Assembly (NCBI GenBank): GCA_040218735.1
Contig: JAVJQW010000033.1
Coordinates: 128,001-192,000, forward strand
From: Deltaproteobacteria bacterium
Lineage (GTDB): Bacteria > Myxococcota > Kuafuiibacteriia > Kuafuiibacteriales > Kuafuiibacteriaceae
Direction of reading: 5' to 3'
Length of the DNA stretch: 64,000 nucleotides
In this document: positions 55,269 through 64,000 of the stretch, one piece after another
How positions within the stretch are numbered: the first letter of the stretch is position 1
How the letters are laid out: each line of letters starts with the position of its first letter
Notes under the pieces: model-generated
Told to the model about the DNA's origin: nothing
What the model saw: the letters and a program-made list of their open reading frames with translations, nothing else
Database searches by the model: none
Made by a program: the position numbers and the translations under genes

Positions 55269-55661
55269 GTGAAGAAGCTGCGATGGGCCACGGGTCTGTT
55301 CCTCGTCACCGCCGCGTGCGGCGGGAGCGAGCCGGCGACGTTCACCGAGGTCCAGGACCAGGTGCTGACGCCGGCCTGCGCGTTTTCGTCCTGTCACTCC
55401 ACCGCGAACGCCAACAACGCGGGGATGCTCGATCTGACCGCCGGCGTCGCCTTCGCGGAGCTGGTCGGGGTCAACGCCGTCGAGGCGCCGGACCGCGTGC
55501 TCGTCGTGGCGGGCGACGTCGCGGGCTCCTACCTCGTCGACAAGATCGAGGACACGAACCTGCCGGCCGGCGCGCGCGAGATGCCGCCGGGCCAGCCGCT
55601 GTCCGCGGAGCGTATCGAGCTGGTGCGGTCGTGGATCGAGGCCGGGGCGGCGAACGACTGA
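55269..55661 (+). CDS. Small cytochrome c-like lipoprotein (planctomycete cytochrome C-like)
   Basis: TAAC lipobox; CAFSSCH; SYLVDKI; MPP..PLS; WIEAGA. Confidence 0.75.
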   Translation: MKKLRWATGLFLVTAACGGSEPATFTEVQDQVLTPACAFSSCHSTANANNAGMLDLTAGVAFAELVGVNAVEAPDRVLVVAGDVAGSYLVDKIEDTNLPAGAREMPPGQPLSAERIELVRSWIEAGAAND

Positions 55662-55692
55662 GGGGCGTGTTAACGTCCGGCCGAATCAGCTC

Positions 55693-56226
55693 GTGATCAT
55701 CGAGGCGTCCATCGTGGTGGAAGCGCCACCGACCGTGGTGTTCCGCTTCTACGAACAGCTCGACCATCTGCGGTATGTGAGCGCCGAGCGCCGCCGGGAG
55801 TGGTGCAAGGCCCACGACCAGCGGATCGACGTGGGGCGCGAGTACGAAGTCCACATCAATCAGGGTCGTCACTCGATCATGCTGCGGGTGCGAACGGTGC
55901 GCATCGACCGCGACCGCTGCATCGAGGACGAGTTCCTGAACTGGCCGCTCAAGGGCGCGCGGCACGTGCAGAGCTTCGACGCGCACGAAGATGGCCGGTT
56001 CACGACCGTGCACGAGCTCAACCACTGGGAGCCGCCCTGGTACGCCAAGCCCACGGTGAAGAAACACGAGTGGGAGCAGACCCGGTTCTTCGAGGAGAAA
56101 CTCGCCAACGGGAAGCGGGTCATCGAGGCGGTTTACGCCGTGCGCGGGGATGACGCGTTCACGCGGTCGGTCGTCGAAGAAGCCCGCGCCGTCGGGGTGG
56201 ATCCCGTGATCGACGACGACGGCTAG
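55693..56226 (+). CDS. SRPBCC family protein
   Basis: IEASIVVEAPP..VFRF N-terminus and a C-terminal helix. Confidence 0.65.
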   Translation: MIIEASIVVEAPPTVVFRFYEQLDHLRYVSAERRREWCKAHDQRIDVGREYEVHINQGRHSIMLRVRTVRIDRDRCIEDEFLNWPLKGARHVQSFDAHEDGRFTTVHELNHWEPPWYAKPTVKKHEWEQTRFFEEKLANGKRVIEAVYAVRGDDAFTRSVVEEARAVGVDPVIDDDG

Positions 56227-56274
56227 CTTTCACAAAACGTTGACCCTCTCTCACGGACGCGCCAAACCGCGCGC

Positions 56275-57402
56275 ATGGCTCGCGCCTCGTACTCCGTAGT
56301 CCTCCTTCCCGGCGACGGTGGCGGCGCCGAGGTCGCGGCGCAGGGGCGCCGGGTGCTCGACCGCGTCGCTTCGATGACCGACACCACGTTCGACGTCGAC
56401 GAGATCCCGTGCGGCGGGAAGTACTTCCTCGAGCACGGTCGCGACTGGCCCGAGGGGTCCGAGGCGAAGTGCAAGGCCGCCGACGTCATCCTGCTCGGCG
56501 CGGTCGGGTGGCCGTCGCCGAACGGCAAGGGCCCGGTGACGATGCCGGACGGGAACATGGCGGGGTGGTCGCCGGTGATCGGCAACCGCTTGAAGCTCGA
56601 CCTGTACGCGAACGTCCGCCCGGTGAAGCTGTTCGAGGGTGTGCAGCACCGCATCAGCGGGCAGCACCGGCAGGTGTGGGCGCCGGAGAACGTCGACATG
56701 GTGTTCCTGCGCGAGAACACCGAAGACCTCTACTGCGGGATGGGCGGGACGCTGCGCCCCGGGGGTGTGGCGCAGGTCGCGACGGACACCCGTGTGATCA
56801 CGCGGCGCGCGTCCGAGCGCATCATCGAGCTGGCGTACCGGACGGCGATGGAGCGCGGCGGCAAGAAGAAGGTCACCTGCGTGGTGAAGAACAACGTGCT
56901 CGAGGGGTGCCGCTTCTTCCACGAGGTGTTCCAGGAGATCGGCGAGCGCTACCCCGAGGTGGAGCAGGACGTCGCGATCATCGACGCCTTCACCCAGTGG
57001 CTCGTCTGCGAGCCGGAGCGCTACGACGTCGTGGTCACCACGAACATGTTCGGCGACATCATCACGGACCTCGCCTCCGTCCTTCAGGGCGGTATGGGTA
57101 TGGCGGTCGGCTGCAACGTCGGCGACGACCACGCGATGTTCGAGCCCATCCACGGCTCGGCGCCGCAGTTCGCCGGGAAGGACCAGCTCAACCCGAACGC
57201 GATGATCCTCTCCGTGGCCGAGGCCCTCCGGTGGCTGGGGCGGAAGAAGGACGACGCCCGGCTCGTCGAGGCCGGCGACGCCGTCGAAGAGGCCGTGAAG
57301 GCGGTCCTCGCCTCCGGGGAGGCCCTGACGTTCGACCTGACCTCCGACTCCCCCGCAACGATGTCCGCCGCGACCGACGCCGTACTGGGCCGCCTCTCCT
57401 GA
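56275..57402 (+). CDS. Isocitrate/isopropylmalate (beta-decarboxylating) dehydrogenase family
   Basis: LPGDGGGAEV, LYANVRP, RENTED.Y, NMFGDIITD, FEPIHGSAP. Confidence 0.93.
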   Translation: MARASYSVVLLPGDGGGAEVAAQGRRVLDRVASMTDTTFDVDEIPCGGKYFLEHGRDWPEGSEAKCKAADVILLGAVGWPSPNGKGPVTMPDGNMAGWSPVIGNRLKLDLYANVRPVKLFEGVQHRISGQHRQVWAPENVDMVFLRENTEDLYCGMGGTLRPGGVAQVATDTRVITRRASERIIELAYRTAMERGGKKKVTCVVKNNVLEGCRFFHEVFQEIGERYPEVEQDVAIIDAFTQWLVCEPERYDVVVTTNMFGDIITDLASVLQGGMGMAVGCNVGDDHAMFEPIHGSAPQFAGKDQLNPNAMILSVAEALRWLGRKKDDARLVEAGDAVEEAVKAVLASGEALTFDLTSDSPATMSAATDAVLGRLS

Positions 57403-57502
57403 CCAACGGTCAGCTTTGAGGCTTCCGCGCCACAGGGGTCCGTAGTTTGACGGAGGGCACTTGTGGAGGCGATGCCACACCATCGTGAACGTGCGGCGCG
57501 TA

Positions 57503-58759
57503 ATGGGTCGAATTGGTCCCTGGGCGGTGGCCTGTCTGATCCTGACGGGTTGTGAGAAGGACGAGCTGTCCCCCGTCTCGGACTTCATGGGGACGGACTG
57601 CGAGGACGTCACCAACTGCGGCGAGGGCTCGTACAAGCTCGACTCGGGTGTCGTTCAAGGTGACGTTGACGGCGGCGTGATCGACGCCGGCGCGGATCGC
57701 GACGGCGGTGGAACGCTGGACGGCGGAGTCGGTCGCGACGGTGGTCCGCGCGACGGCGGTCCCCGGGACGGCGGCGTGGTGCCGTCGACCTTCATCAACG
57801 TCGTCGGCACCTACCAGGCGGAGTACCTGTTCGACCTCTCGGACTACGCGTTTGGGCTGGGCGGCATCGCGAGTGATCTCGACCGCATCAACGAGCTGCT
57901 GCAGGGCCGGTCGCACCTCGGGCAGCCCTGGGAGTTCATCGTCGATCCGATTCTGCGGCAGATCGTCGACGACTACATCCCCGACTGGTTCGTGCAGTTC
58001 TTCAACACGATCAACAACATCGCGAACCTGTTCACGGACATCGAGGCCGACGCGATCCTGAACGTCCAGCAGGACCTCCCGCTGAACCCGACCGACACGA
58101 CGACGGCCATCCACGGCAACGAGACCTGGTCGGCGTTCTACCTGCGGTGGATCGATCAGTGCCCGCAGGGGCGTCAGACGACCTCGCCGATCCCGTACCC
58201 GCAGTGCGCGCAGGTGCCGATCCCGATCCTCAACCGCCCGACGCCCATCCCGGTCGGCGGCACCGGCGGCGTCGAGGTCGCGGTGTACATCCCGCCGTTC
58301 GACGGCACGCTGAACGCGGGCGTCCCGGAGGCGGACCTCGTCTTCGAGGACCGCGAGGTCGAGATCGAGATGCGCAAGTTCGTGCTCCTCGTCCTCGACA
58401 CCGTCACGAACATCGTGACGGGCGGCGCGCAGCCCACGTTCCGCGGCGCGCTGCTCAACGCCGTGCAGTGCCAGCAGCTCGCGAACCAGATCGCGCAGAG
58501 CAACGCCGCGGCGGCGGCGGCGCTCAACGCGCTGTGCGTCGGCCTGATCAACGGCGCGGTCGACGCCATCGCGGACATCGCCACGGACGTCGATGCGCTC
58601 GAGTTCGACCAGTACGGCCACGCGGTCGACACAAACCCGCAGGACGGCCAGAACCGCGCGGAGATCCTCCAGGTGCAGTCTGCGCCCGACACGATCGACG
58701 GCCGCTTCCGCCTCGTCGGCTCCAGCGACCTCGGCGGCGTCTGGGAGGCGTCGAAGTAA
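57503..58759 (+). CDS. Hypothetical lipoprotein
   Basis: LTGC lipobox, DGG/RDGG linker and a folded C-terminal region. Confidence 0.8.
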   Translation: MGRIGPWAVACLILTGCEKDELSPVSDFMGTDCEDVTNCGEGSYKLDSGVVQGDVDGGVIDAGADRDGGGTLDGGVGRDGGPRDGGPRDGGVVPSTFINVVGTYQAEYLFDLSDYAFGLGGIASDLDRINELLQGRSHLGQPWEFIVDPILRQIVDDYIPDWFVQFFNTINNIANLFTDIEADAILNVQQDLPLNPTDTTTAIHGNETWSAFYLRWIDQCPQGRQTTSPIPYPQCAQVPIPILNRPTPIPVGGTGGVEVAVYIPPFDGTLNAGVPEADLVFEDREVEIEMRKFVLLVLDTVTNIVTGGAQPTFRGALLNAVQCQQLANQIAQSNAAAAAALNALCVGLINGAVDAIADIATDVDALEFDQYGHAVDTNPQDGQNRAEILQVQSAPDTIDGRFRLVGSSDLGGVWEASK

Positions 58760-59323
58760 CTACCGCTCCACGCGGCCCTTGCCGTCGTCTTCGATTCTCC
58801 GCATCGGCTCTTCCTTCGGCTTCCTGCGTCTGTCGGATGCGCGCGTGAGCGCCTGGACGATCCGACGCTGCACGGCCCACATCGGTTCGCGCGAGGTTTC
58901 GTACGCTTCGAGCTCCCGGATCGCGAAGACCTCCCCGCCGCGCGCGCGGGGTTCGAAGCCGAAGGCGGCCTCGTTCGTGGGCGGCTCGACGGCGCACAAC
59001 AGATCGACCGCGCAGGTGCGCTGCATGACGAAGCGGTGATCGCGCGTGCCGCGGCGGATGGTCGACTTCGGGCGGCGCTCGACCGTCTCGCCGACGACGC
59101 GGACGAGGTGGGTGGTGAGGCCATGCTGAACGAGCACGAGGCGGTCGTCGACCTCGGGCTCGGCGAGGGTGTCGGCGTCCTCTTCGGTGCAGTGCAGGTC
59201 GAACACATCGCCGCGACGGATCGGCTCGCGGTGGCGCACCGTCGGATCTTCGCCGACGTACGCGAGCTCGTCCTCGTCGAGCGCGACGCTCTTCACCCAA
59301 CGAATGCGGCCGAAGGGGATCAC
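58760..59323 (-). CDS. Hypothetical protein
   Basis: Coding-like frame from GTG 59323; TACAAT lies 8 nt upstream. Confidence 0.6.
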   Translation of the reverse strand: MIPFGRIRWVKSVALDEDELAYVGEDPTVRHREPIRRGDVFDLHCTEEDADTLAEPEVDDRLVLVQHGLTTHLVRVVGETVERRPKSTIRRGTRDHRFVMQRTCAVDLLCAVEPPTNEAAFGFEPRARGGEVFAIRELEAYETSREPMWAVQRRIVQALTRASDRRRKPKEEPMRRIEDDGKGRVER

Positions 59324-59355
59324 GAAGTGAGATTGTAGCCGCTGAGCTCTGAACG

Positions 59356-60993
59356 CTACAGCGGCGTCACACCCGCGTAGGGCACGCCGGTCAGGTAGGC
59401 GACGTCGCGATCCCACGACGTGAGATCCCCCGCGCTCAGGTCCGCGAGCCGCGTGTGCCCGCACGCGCGCGCGAGGATCTTCATCAGCTCCACCGACGCT
59501 TCGAAGTACCGCGCGAGGCGCTTCGCCGACTCCTCGACGATCAGTCGCCCGCGCAGGTGCTCCTTCTGTGTGGCGATGCCGACCGGGCAGTTGTTCGTGT
59601 GGCACGCGCGCATCCCCAAGCAGCCGATCGCCTGCAGCGCCGCGTTCGACACCGCGATGGCGTCCGCGCCCAGCGCGAGCGCCTTCACGAAGTCCCCCTC
59701 CGTGCGCAGCCCGCCGGTGATCACCAGCGTGACGTCGTCCGCGCCTCGCGCGATCAGGTGCCGCTTCGCGCGCGGGAGCGCGGCCATCGTCGGCACGGAG
59801 ATGTTGTCCTTGAAGAGGTTCGGTGCGGCGCCGGTCCCGCCGCCGCGTCCGTCGAGGATGATGTAGTCCGCGCCCGCTTCGAGCGCGAAGTCGATGTCGG
59901 CCTCGATGTGCTGCGCGCTCAGCTTGAACCCGATCGGAATGCCGCCGGTCGCCTCGCGCACCTCCTCGGCCACGGCCGCGAAGTCCGCGACGGTGTGCAG
60001 GTCCGGGAACGTCGCGGGGCTGATCGCCGGCGTGCCGGGGGTGAGCCCGCGGACCTCAGCGATCTTGCCGACGACCTTGTTGCCCGGCAGGTGCCCCCCC
60101 GTGCCGGTCTTCGCGCCTTGACCGCCCTTGAAGTGGAACGCCTGGCACTTCTTGACCTTGTCGATGCTCCACCCGAAGCGGGCGCTCGCGAGCTCGTAGA
60201 AGTAGCGCGAATTCGCCGCCTGTTCCTCGGGGAGCATCCCGCCTTCGCCGGAGCAGATGCCGGTCCCGGCGAGCTCGGCGCCCTTCGACAACGCGACCTT
60301 TGCCTCTTCGCTCAGCGCGCCGAACGACATGTCACTGACGAACAGCGGAATCTCGAGGGTCAGCGGTTTCTTCGCACGCAAACCGATCGTCACGGCAGTC
60401 TCGACCGCGGCGTCGTCCAGCAGCGGCTTCTTCGCGAGCTGCGCGGTGACGATCTGCAGGTCGTCCCACGAGGGGAGCTGCTGCCGCGGGACCCCCATCG
60501 CCGAGACCTCCCCGTGGTGACCGAGCTTGGAGAGGCCCTCGCGCGCGAGGCGCTGGATGTGTTGGTTGTGCGGCTCCTCCGGCGCGCCGTGGGTGTCGGC
60601 GTACAGGCCGAGGTACGACGAACGGTCGTAGGGCTGCGGGTGCACGCGCGCGAACGCGGCGATCTCGTCCTCGTCGACGTAGACCTCGTCGTCTTCGACC
60701 CACGCCGTGAACTTCTCGAGCGCCTCCTCGTTGTTGTACTCGCTCACGCCGGTGTCGGCGCGGTAGTCCCAGCCGTGAACGCCGCAGATGAGGTTGTCCC
60801 CGTCGAGGTGCCCGTCGGCCATCAGCGCGCCGCGGTGCAGGCAGCGCCCGTAGAGCACCGACACGGCGTCGCCGAGGCGAATGACGACGAGGTCGACGTC
60901 CTTCACGAGCGCGTAGGCGGGCTTGCGATCTTCGAGCCGGGAGAAGCGCGCCACGCGCGCGGGGTTCTTCGTGTTGGCGAGGCTGGCGGTCAT
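59356..60993 (-). CDS. Rieske [2Fe-2S] domain fused to a glutamate synthase-like FMN-binding domain
   Basis: CLH...CGVH Rieske motif; MSFGALS, SGEGG, GQGAK, DGRGGGTGA; CLGMRACHTNNCP 3Fe-4S motif. Confidence 0.92.
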   Translation of the reverse strand: MTASLANTKNPARVARFSRLEDRKPAYALVKDVDLVVIRLGDAVSVLYGRCLHRGALMADGHLDGDNLICGVHGWDYRADTGVSEYNNEEALEKFTAWVEDDEVYVDEDEIAAFARVHPQPYDRSSYLGLYADTHGAPEEPHNQHIQRLAREGLSKLGHHGEVSAMGVPRQQLPSWDDLQIVTAQLAKKPLLDDAAVETAVTIGLRAKKPLTLEIPLFVSDMSFGALSEEAKVALSKGAELAGTGICSGEGGMLPEEQAANSRYFYELASARFGWSIDKVKKCQAFHFKGGQGAKTGTGGHLPGNKVVGKIAEVRGLTPGTPAISPATFPDLHTVADFAAVAEEVREATGGIPIGFKLSAQHIEADIDFALEAGADYIILDGRGGGTGAAPNLFKDNISVPTMAALPRAKRHLIARGADDVTLVITGGLRTEGDFVKALALGADAIAVSNAALQAIGCLGMRACHTNNCPVGIATQKEHLRGRLIVEESAKRLARYFEASVELMKILARACGHTRLADLSAGDLTSWDRDVAYLTGVPYAGVTPL

Positions 60994-61047
60994 GACGAAG
61001 GAACTGTAACCAAGACGCGACGTCCCGTAACGAGGAAGGCCGCCACG

Positions 61048-61854
61048 ATGTATCGCTTGCTACCGAACCCGCCCCCCGAATTCATCGAAGCGCGACTGAA
61101 CGCGCACTACGCATCGCAGCTCGTCGCAGCGCCGGGCGTCGCTCGGGTGCCTCCCGCCGAAGACTTCAGCCACACCGCGCTCGTCTGGAACGCCACCCAC
61201 GCCGTGCTCGAAGGCGCCGCGCTGCCCGGCACGTCGCTGCGCGCGGGGCTGCGGGTGTCGTCGCTCGAGCTGGTCGTTTTGGACGAAGAGGTCCGCGCCA
61301 CGATTCCGCTCGCCGGTCGAACGCTCGCCGAAGGGCTCGCGGCGCTCGAAGCCGCGCTCCCCGAGGGCGCGGCGTTGGTGATGCCCGAACACGAGCTCCC
61401 TGCTCATCCGCTCGCCGAGGGCGCGAGGTTCGAAACCGACGCGACGCTGGCGCAGCTGGAAGGGTGGTTCGAGAACGCGGCCGCGATCCTCGAAGCCGCG
61501 CGCGCGGATCAGCCCGCTTCGCCGGTGCGCCTGTGGCCGCACCACTTCGACATCGCCACGCTCATCACCTTCGACGAAGGTGTCGACGCCGAGGCCGCGC
61601 GCTCGATCGGCGTCGGCCTGAGCCCGGGCGACGGCAGCTACGCCCAGCCGTACTGGTACGTCACGCCGTGGCCGTACCCGAAGGACCCGTCGCTCGCGTC
61701 GCTGCCGCTCGGTGCGTGGCACACCGACGGGTTCTTCGCGGCGATCCTCACGGCGCGTACGCTCGTCGCTGCGGGTGATGACCAGGCGGCGAACGTCGCC
61801 GCGTTCCTCGACGCGGCGGTGGTCGCGTGTCGCCGATACCTCGGCCTGGACTAA
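61048..61854 (+). CDS. Conserved hypothetical protein (DUF5996-like)
   Basis: DFSHT, PVRLWPHHFDIA, GLSPGD..Y.QPYWYV.PWP; GAGGAAGG upstream. Confidence 0.7.
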   Translation: MYRLLPNPPPEFIEARLNAHYASQLVAAPGVARVPPAEDFSHTALVWNATHAVLEGAALPGTSLRAGLRVSSLELVVLDEEVRATIPLAGRTLAEGLAALEAALPEGAALVMPEHELPAHPLAEGARFETDATLAQLEGWFENAAAILEAARADQPASPVRLWPHHFDIATLITFDEGVDAEAARSIGVGLSPGDGSYAQPYWYVTPWPYPKDPSLASLPLGAWHTDGFFAAILTARTLVAAGDDQAANVAAFLDAAVVACRRYLGLD

Positions 61855-64000
61855 TACGTCGCGTAGCAGAGGTCGGCGGTGCCGCGGTGGTGGAACGCCG
61901 CGTGGGTCACGCTGCTCGTGTCGACGGCGATCGCCGGGTACCAACCGCTGTCACCGTCCGTGACGAGGTCTTCGACGAGCCACCCGGCGCCGTCCGGCCG
62001 CGCGATGCGTGCGGTCTGGGCCGTGTGGGACTGGAAGACCACGCGGGGCTCGGTGCCCACCATCGCGAGGTCGAGCCCGCCGGAGGAGCCGTACACCGAC
62101 GATGACGTGGTCTCCTCGATCGTCGAGAACGTCCACGCGCCGGCTTCCTTCTTCGCGTAGCGGACGCGGTCGGGTTCGTTTTGAACCGTGTGGCTGTACG
62201 CGAGGTGGTAGATGCCGTCGCGATCGATCGCGAGCGCCGTCTGCATTCGGTCGTTGAAGCTGATCGCTTCGATGCGCTCGATGGTCCACGCGCCGGCGGC
62301 ATCGCGCGTCGCGACGGCGACGTCACGCGTCTCCATCGTGACGAGGACGGCGCGGCCGAGCCCGTCGTACGCCACCGACGATCGCGCGCTGCGATCGCCC
62401 AGGGTGCCGACGATGTCGATCACCCACTGCGTGCCGTCGTACTCGGCGAGCTGGTTGCCGAACACGATCGCCGGGCGGCCCTCGGGGTCGAGCGCGATGC
62501 GCAGCTTCGTGTCCGCCGAGCCGGCGGTGATGACATCCTGTGTCCAACCGAACGGCGCGAGGCGCGACAGCACGATCTCCCGACCGCGGGTCTGACAGTG
62601 GCGGGTGTACGCGACGAGGATGTCGCCGGTCCCGTGGAGCGCGACGTCCACCGACCCGGGCAGCGCTGCTTCGATCTCACACACGTCCTCTGCGGGGCCC
62701 AGGGGCACCGGCTCCGTCACGAACTGCGTTCCGTCGAAGCGCGAAAGCTCCAGCGTTCGACTCGCCAGCTCGATGCCCGCGACGACGGGGCGCTCGTCCG
62801 CGTCCAGGGTGAGCGCCGCGGCGAACCCGCGGAGGCCATTCGGCGTGAGTGTCTCGCGTGTCCAGGTGCCGTTGGCGTCGCGTATCGACGCGACGACCTC
62901 CTTCGAGGCGAGGTCCAGATAGACGAGCAGCTGTCGGTCGTCGTCCGCGGCGAACGCGATTCCGGCGCGCGACAACGGGCGCTGTTCGAGCACGTAGTCC
63001 GCGTCGTTGCGGGACGGGTCACCGACGTCGGCGACATCCGATTCACACGTCGCGGCGACCGTCATCACGGCGGGCGCCCAGCCGTCCGGGTTGCCGAGGT
63101 AGTCGAAGAATCCGAACGCGACGGTGCCGTCCGCGAGCAACCCCGGTGAGTACCCGAGGCGTCCATCGTTGAAGCCCGCGCAGGTTTGAACGTCCCACCC
63201 GGCGCCGGTCTCGCGCAGCACGTGGAGCCGCTCACCGGCGCCGTTCATCGCGTAGACGACGAACGAAGGCCGCCCCGCTGCGTCGGCGAAGAACGCGGAG
63301 AGCCCGACGTTGCCCGCCGGCGTGCTGACGACCTGCGGCTCGCGCCACGCGTCGTCGACGTTGCGAATCAGGTAGTGGTTGTTGAAGTCCGTGAACGCGA
63401 GCATCGGCGCGCCGAGCGCGTCGACCGCGATCTCCAGCGACCGGACGTACGTCGCCGGTGCGATCGCAACGGTCTCCGTTGTCCACGCTCCGTTGTCGAA
63501 GCGTGCGGTGTGGATCTCGGTGTCCTGGGGGGCCACGACGACGACCGCCCCCGACGGGAGCACCGCGAGCTGAGGCCACGTGAGCTCGTCTTCGGTGCGC
63601 GGCAGCTCCGGGTCGATCGTCTCGACGGTCCACCGCCCATCCGCGCTCCGACGCGCGACCTTCAGCGCTTGGACCTCCGGCGCGAGGGGCGCGTGGCGCC
63701 GGTAGCGATCGAAGTATGCGATGACCGGCTGCCCGTCCGCGTCGAGCGCGAGGGAGCCGACGTCGCCGTGTGCGTCGACCACTTCGACGCTCCAGATGCC
63801 GCCCTCGTTTCGCGCGTACCGCAACGCATCGCCGCCGAGGGCGACGTGCGCAACGCCGTCGTCGTCGAAGGCCGCGGCGTGGCGGGACACGGTGCGCACG
63901 GTGGGGCCACCCGAGAAACAACCGTCGGGCGCGGGGGCTCCGCCGCCGTCGGCTCCGCCTCCTCCGCCGTCGCTCACGCCTCCATCGCGGTCGGCGCCGC
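61851..64000 (-). CDS. Large exported beta-propeller-like repeat protein, 5'-truncated by the window edge
   Basis: Frame open to the window end; DGG linker; many repeats of type LALD.DG.P.I.Y ... W..E.ID. Confidence 0.8.
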   Translation of the reverse strand, partial: GADRDGGVSDGGGGGADGGGAPAPDGCFSGGPTVRTVSRHAAAFDDDGVAHVALGGDALRYARNEGGIWSVEVVDAHGDVGSLALDADGQPVIAYFDRYRRHAPLAPEVQALKVARRSADGRWTVETIDPELPRTEDELTWPQLAVLPSGAVVVVAPQDTEIHTARFDNGAWTTETVAIAPATYVRSLEIAVDALGAPMLAFTDFNNHYLIRNVDDAWREPQVVSTPAGNVGLSAFFADAAGRPSFVVYAMNGAGERLHVLRETGAGWDVQTCAGFNDGRLGYSPGLLADGTVAFGFFDYLGNPDGWAPAVMTVAATCESDVADVGDPSRNDADYVLEQRPLSRAGIAFAADDDRQLLVYLDLASKEVVASIRDANGTWTRETLTPNGLRGFAAALTLDADERPVVAGIELASRTLELSRFDGTQFVTEPVPLGPAEDVCEIEAALPGSVDVALHGTGDILVAYTRHCQTRGREIVLSRLAPFGWTQDVITAGSADTKLRIALDPEGRPAIVFGNQLAEYDGTQWVIDIVGTLGDRSARSSVAYDGLGRAVLVTMETRDVAVATRDAAGAWTIERIEAISFNDRMQTALAIDRDGIYHLAYSHTVQNEPDRVRYAKKEAGAWTFSTIEETTSSSVYGSSGGLDLAMVGTEPRVVFQSHTAQTARIARPDGAGWLVEDLVTDGDSGWYPAIAVDTSSVTHAAFHHRGTADLCYATY

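Noticed and set aside
56275-57402. Assigning the symbol leuB
   Set aside because: No leu operon context, and substrate specificity within this family cannot be resolved by eye.
59455-61047. N-terminal extension of the 799-aa plus-strand ORF
   Set aside because: It overlaps the Rieske-FMN gene on the opposite strand; the credible start is ATG 61048, which has an SD-like sequence upstream.

Overview
GC-rich bacterial chromosomal window, very likely Myxococcota. This is inferred from the many Cys-rich lipoproteins with RDAG/DGG linkers, three membrane Ser/Thr kinases and a PEGA protein. About 44 tightly packed CDSs are present; I saw no rRNA, tRNA, CRISPR array or transposase. Main blocks: (1) two head-to-head pairs of a Ser/Thr kinase and a paralogous beta-helix lipoprotein; (2) secreted hydrolases (S8 subtilase, S1 protease, DUF885, alpha/beta hydrolases); (3) an operon of a putative OM barrel, a lipase-like lipoprotein and accessory proteins; (4) a split glycan locus (DUF4091, O-antigen ligase-like, Wzx, GT2, SGNH); (5) an operon of a giant secreted protein, alpha-2-macroglobulin and pbpC, in which the macroglobulin lacks the CxEQ thioester; (6) metabolic genes (nitrilase family, LeuB/IDH family, Rieske-glutamate-synthase FMN fusion). 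Non-coding observations: a 182-bp element with 21-bp terminal inverted repeats, a recurring TANNNT box 5-9 nt before start codons (leaderless or short-leader style, including probable CTG starts), and a 17-nt match to the 23S rRNA/I-CeuI core. All family calls come from motifs read by eye; no searches were run.
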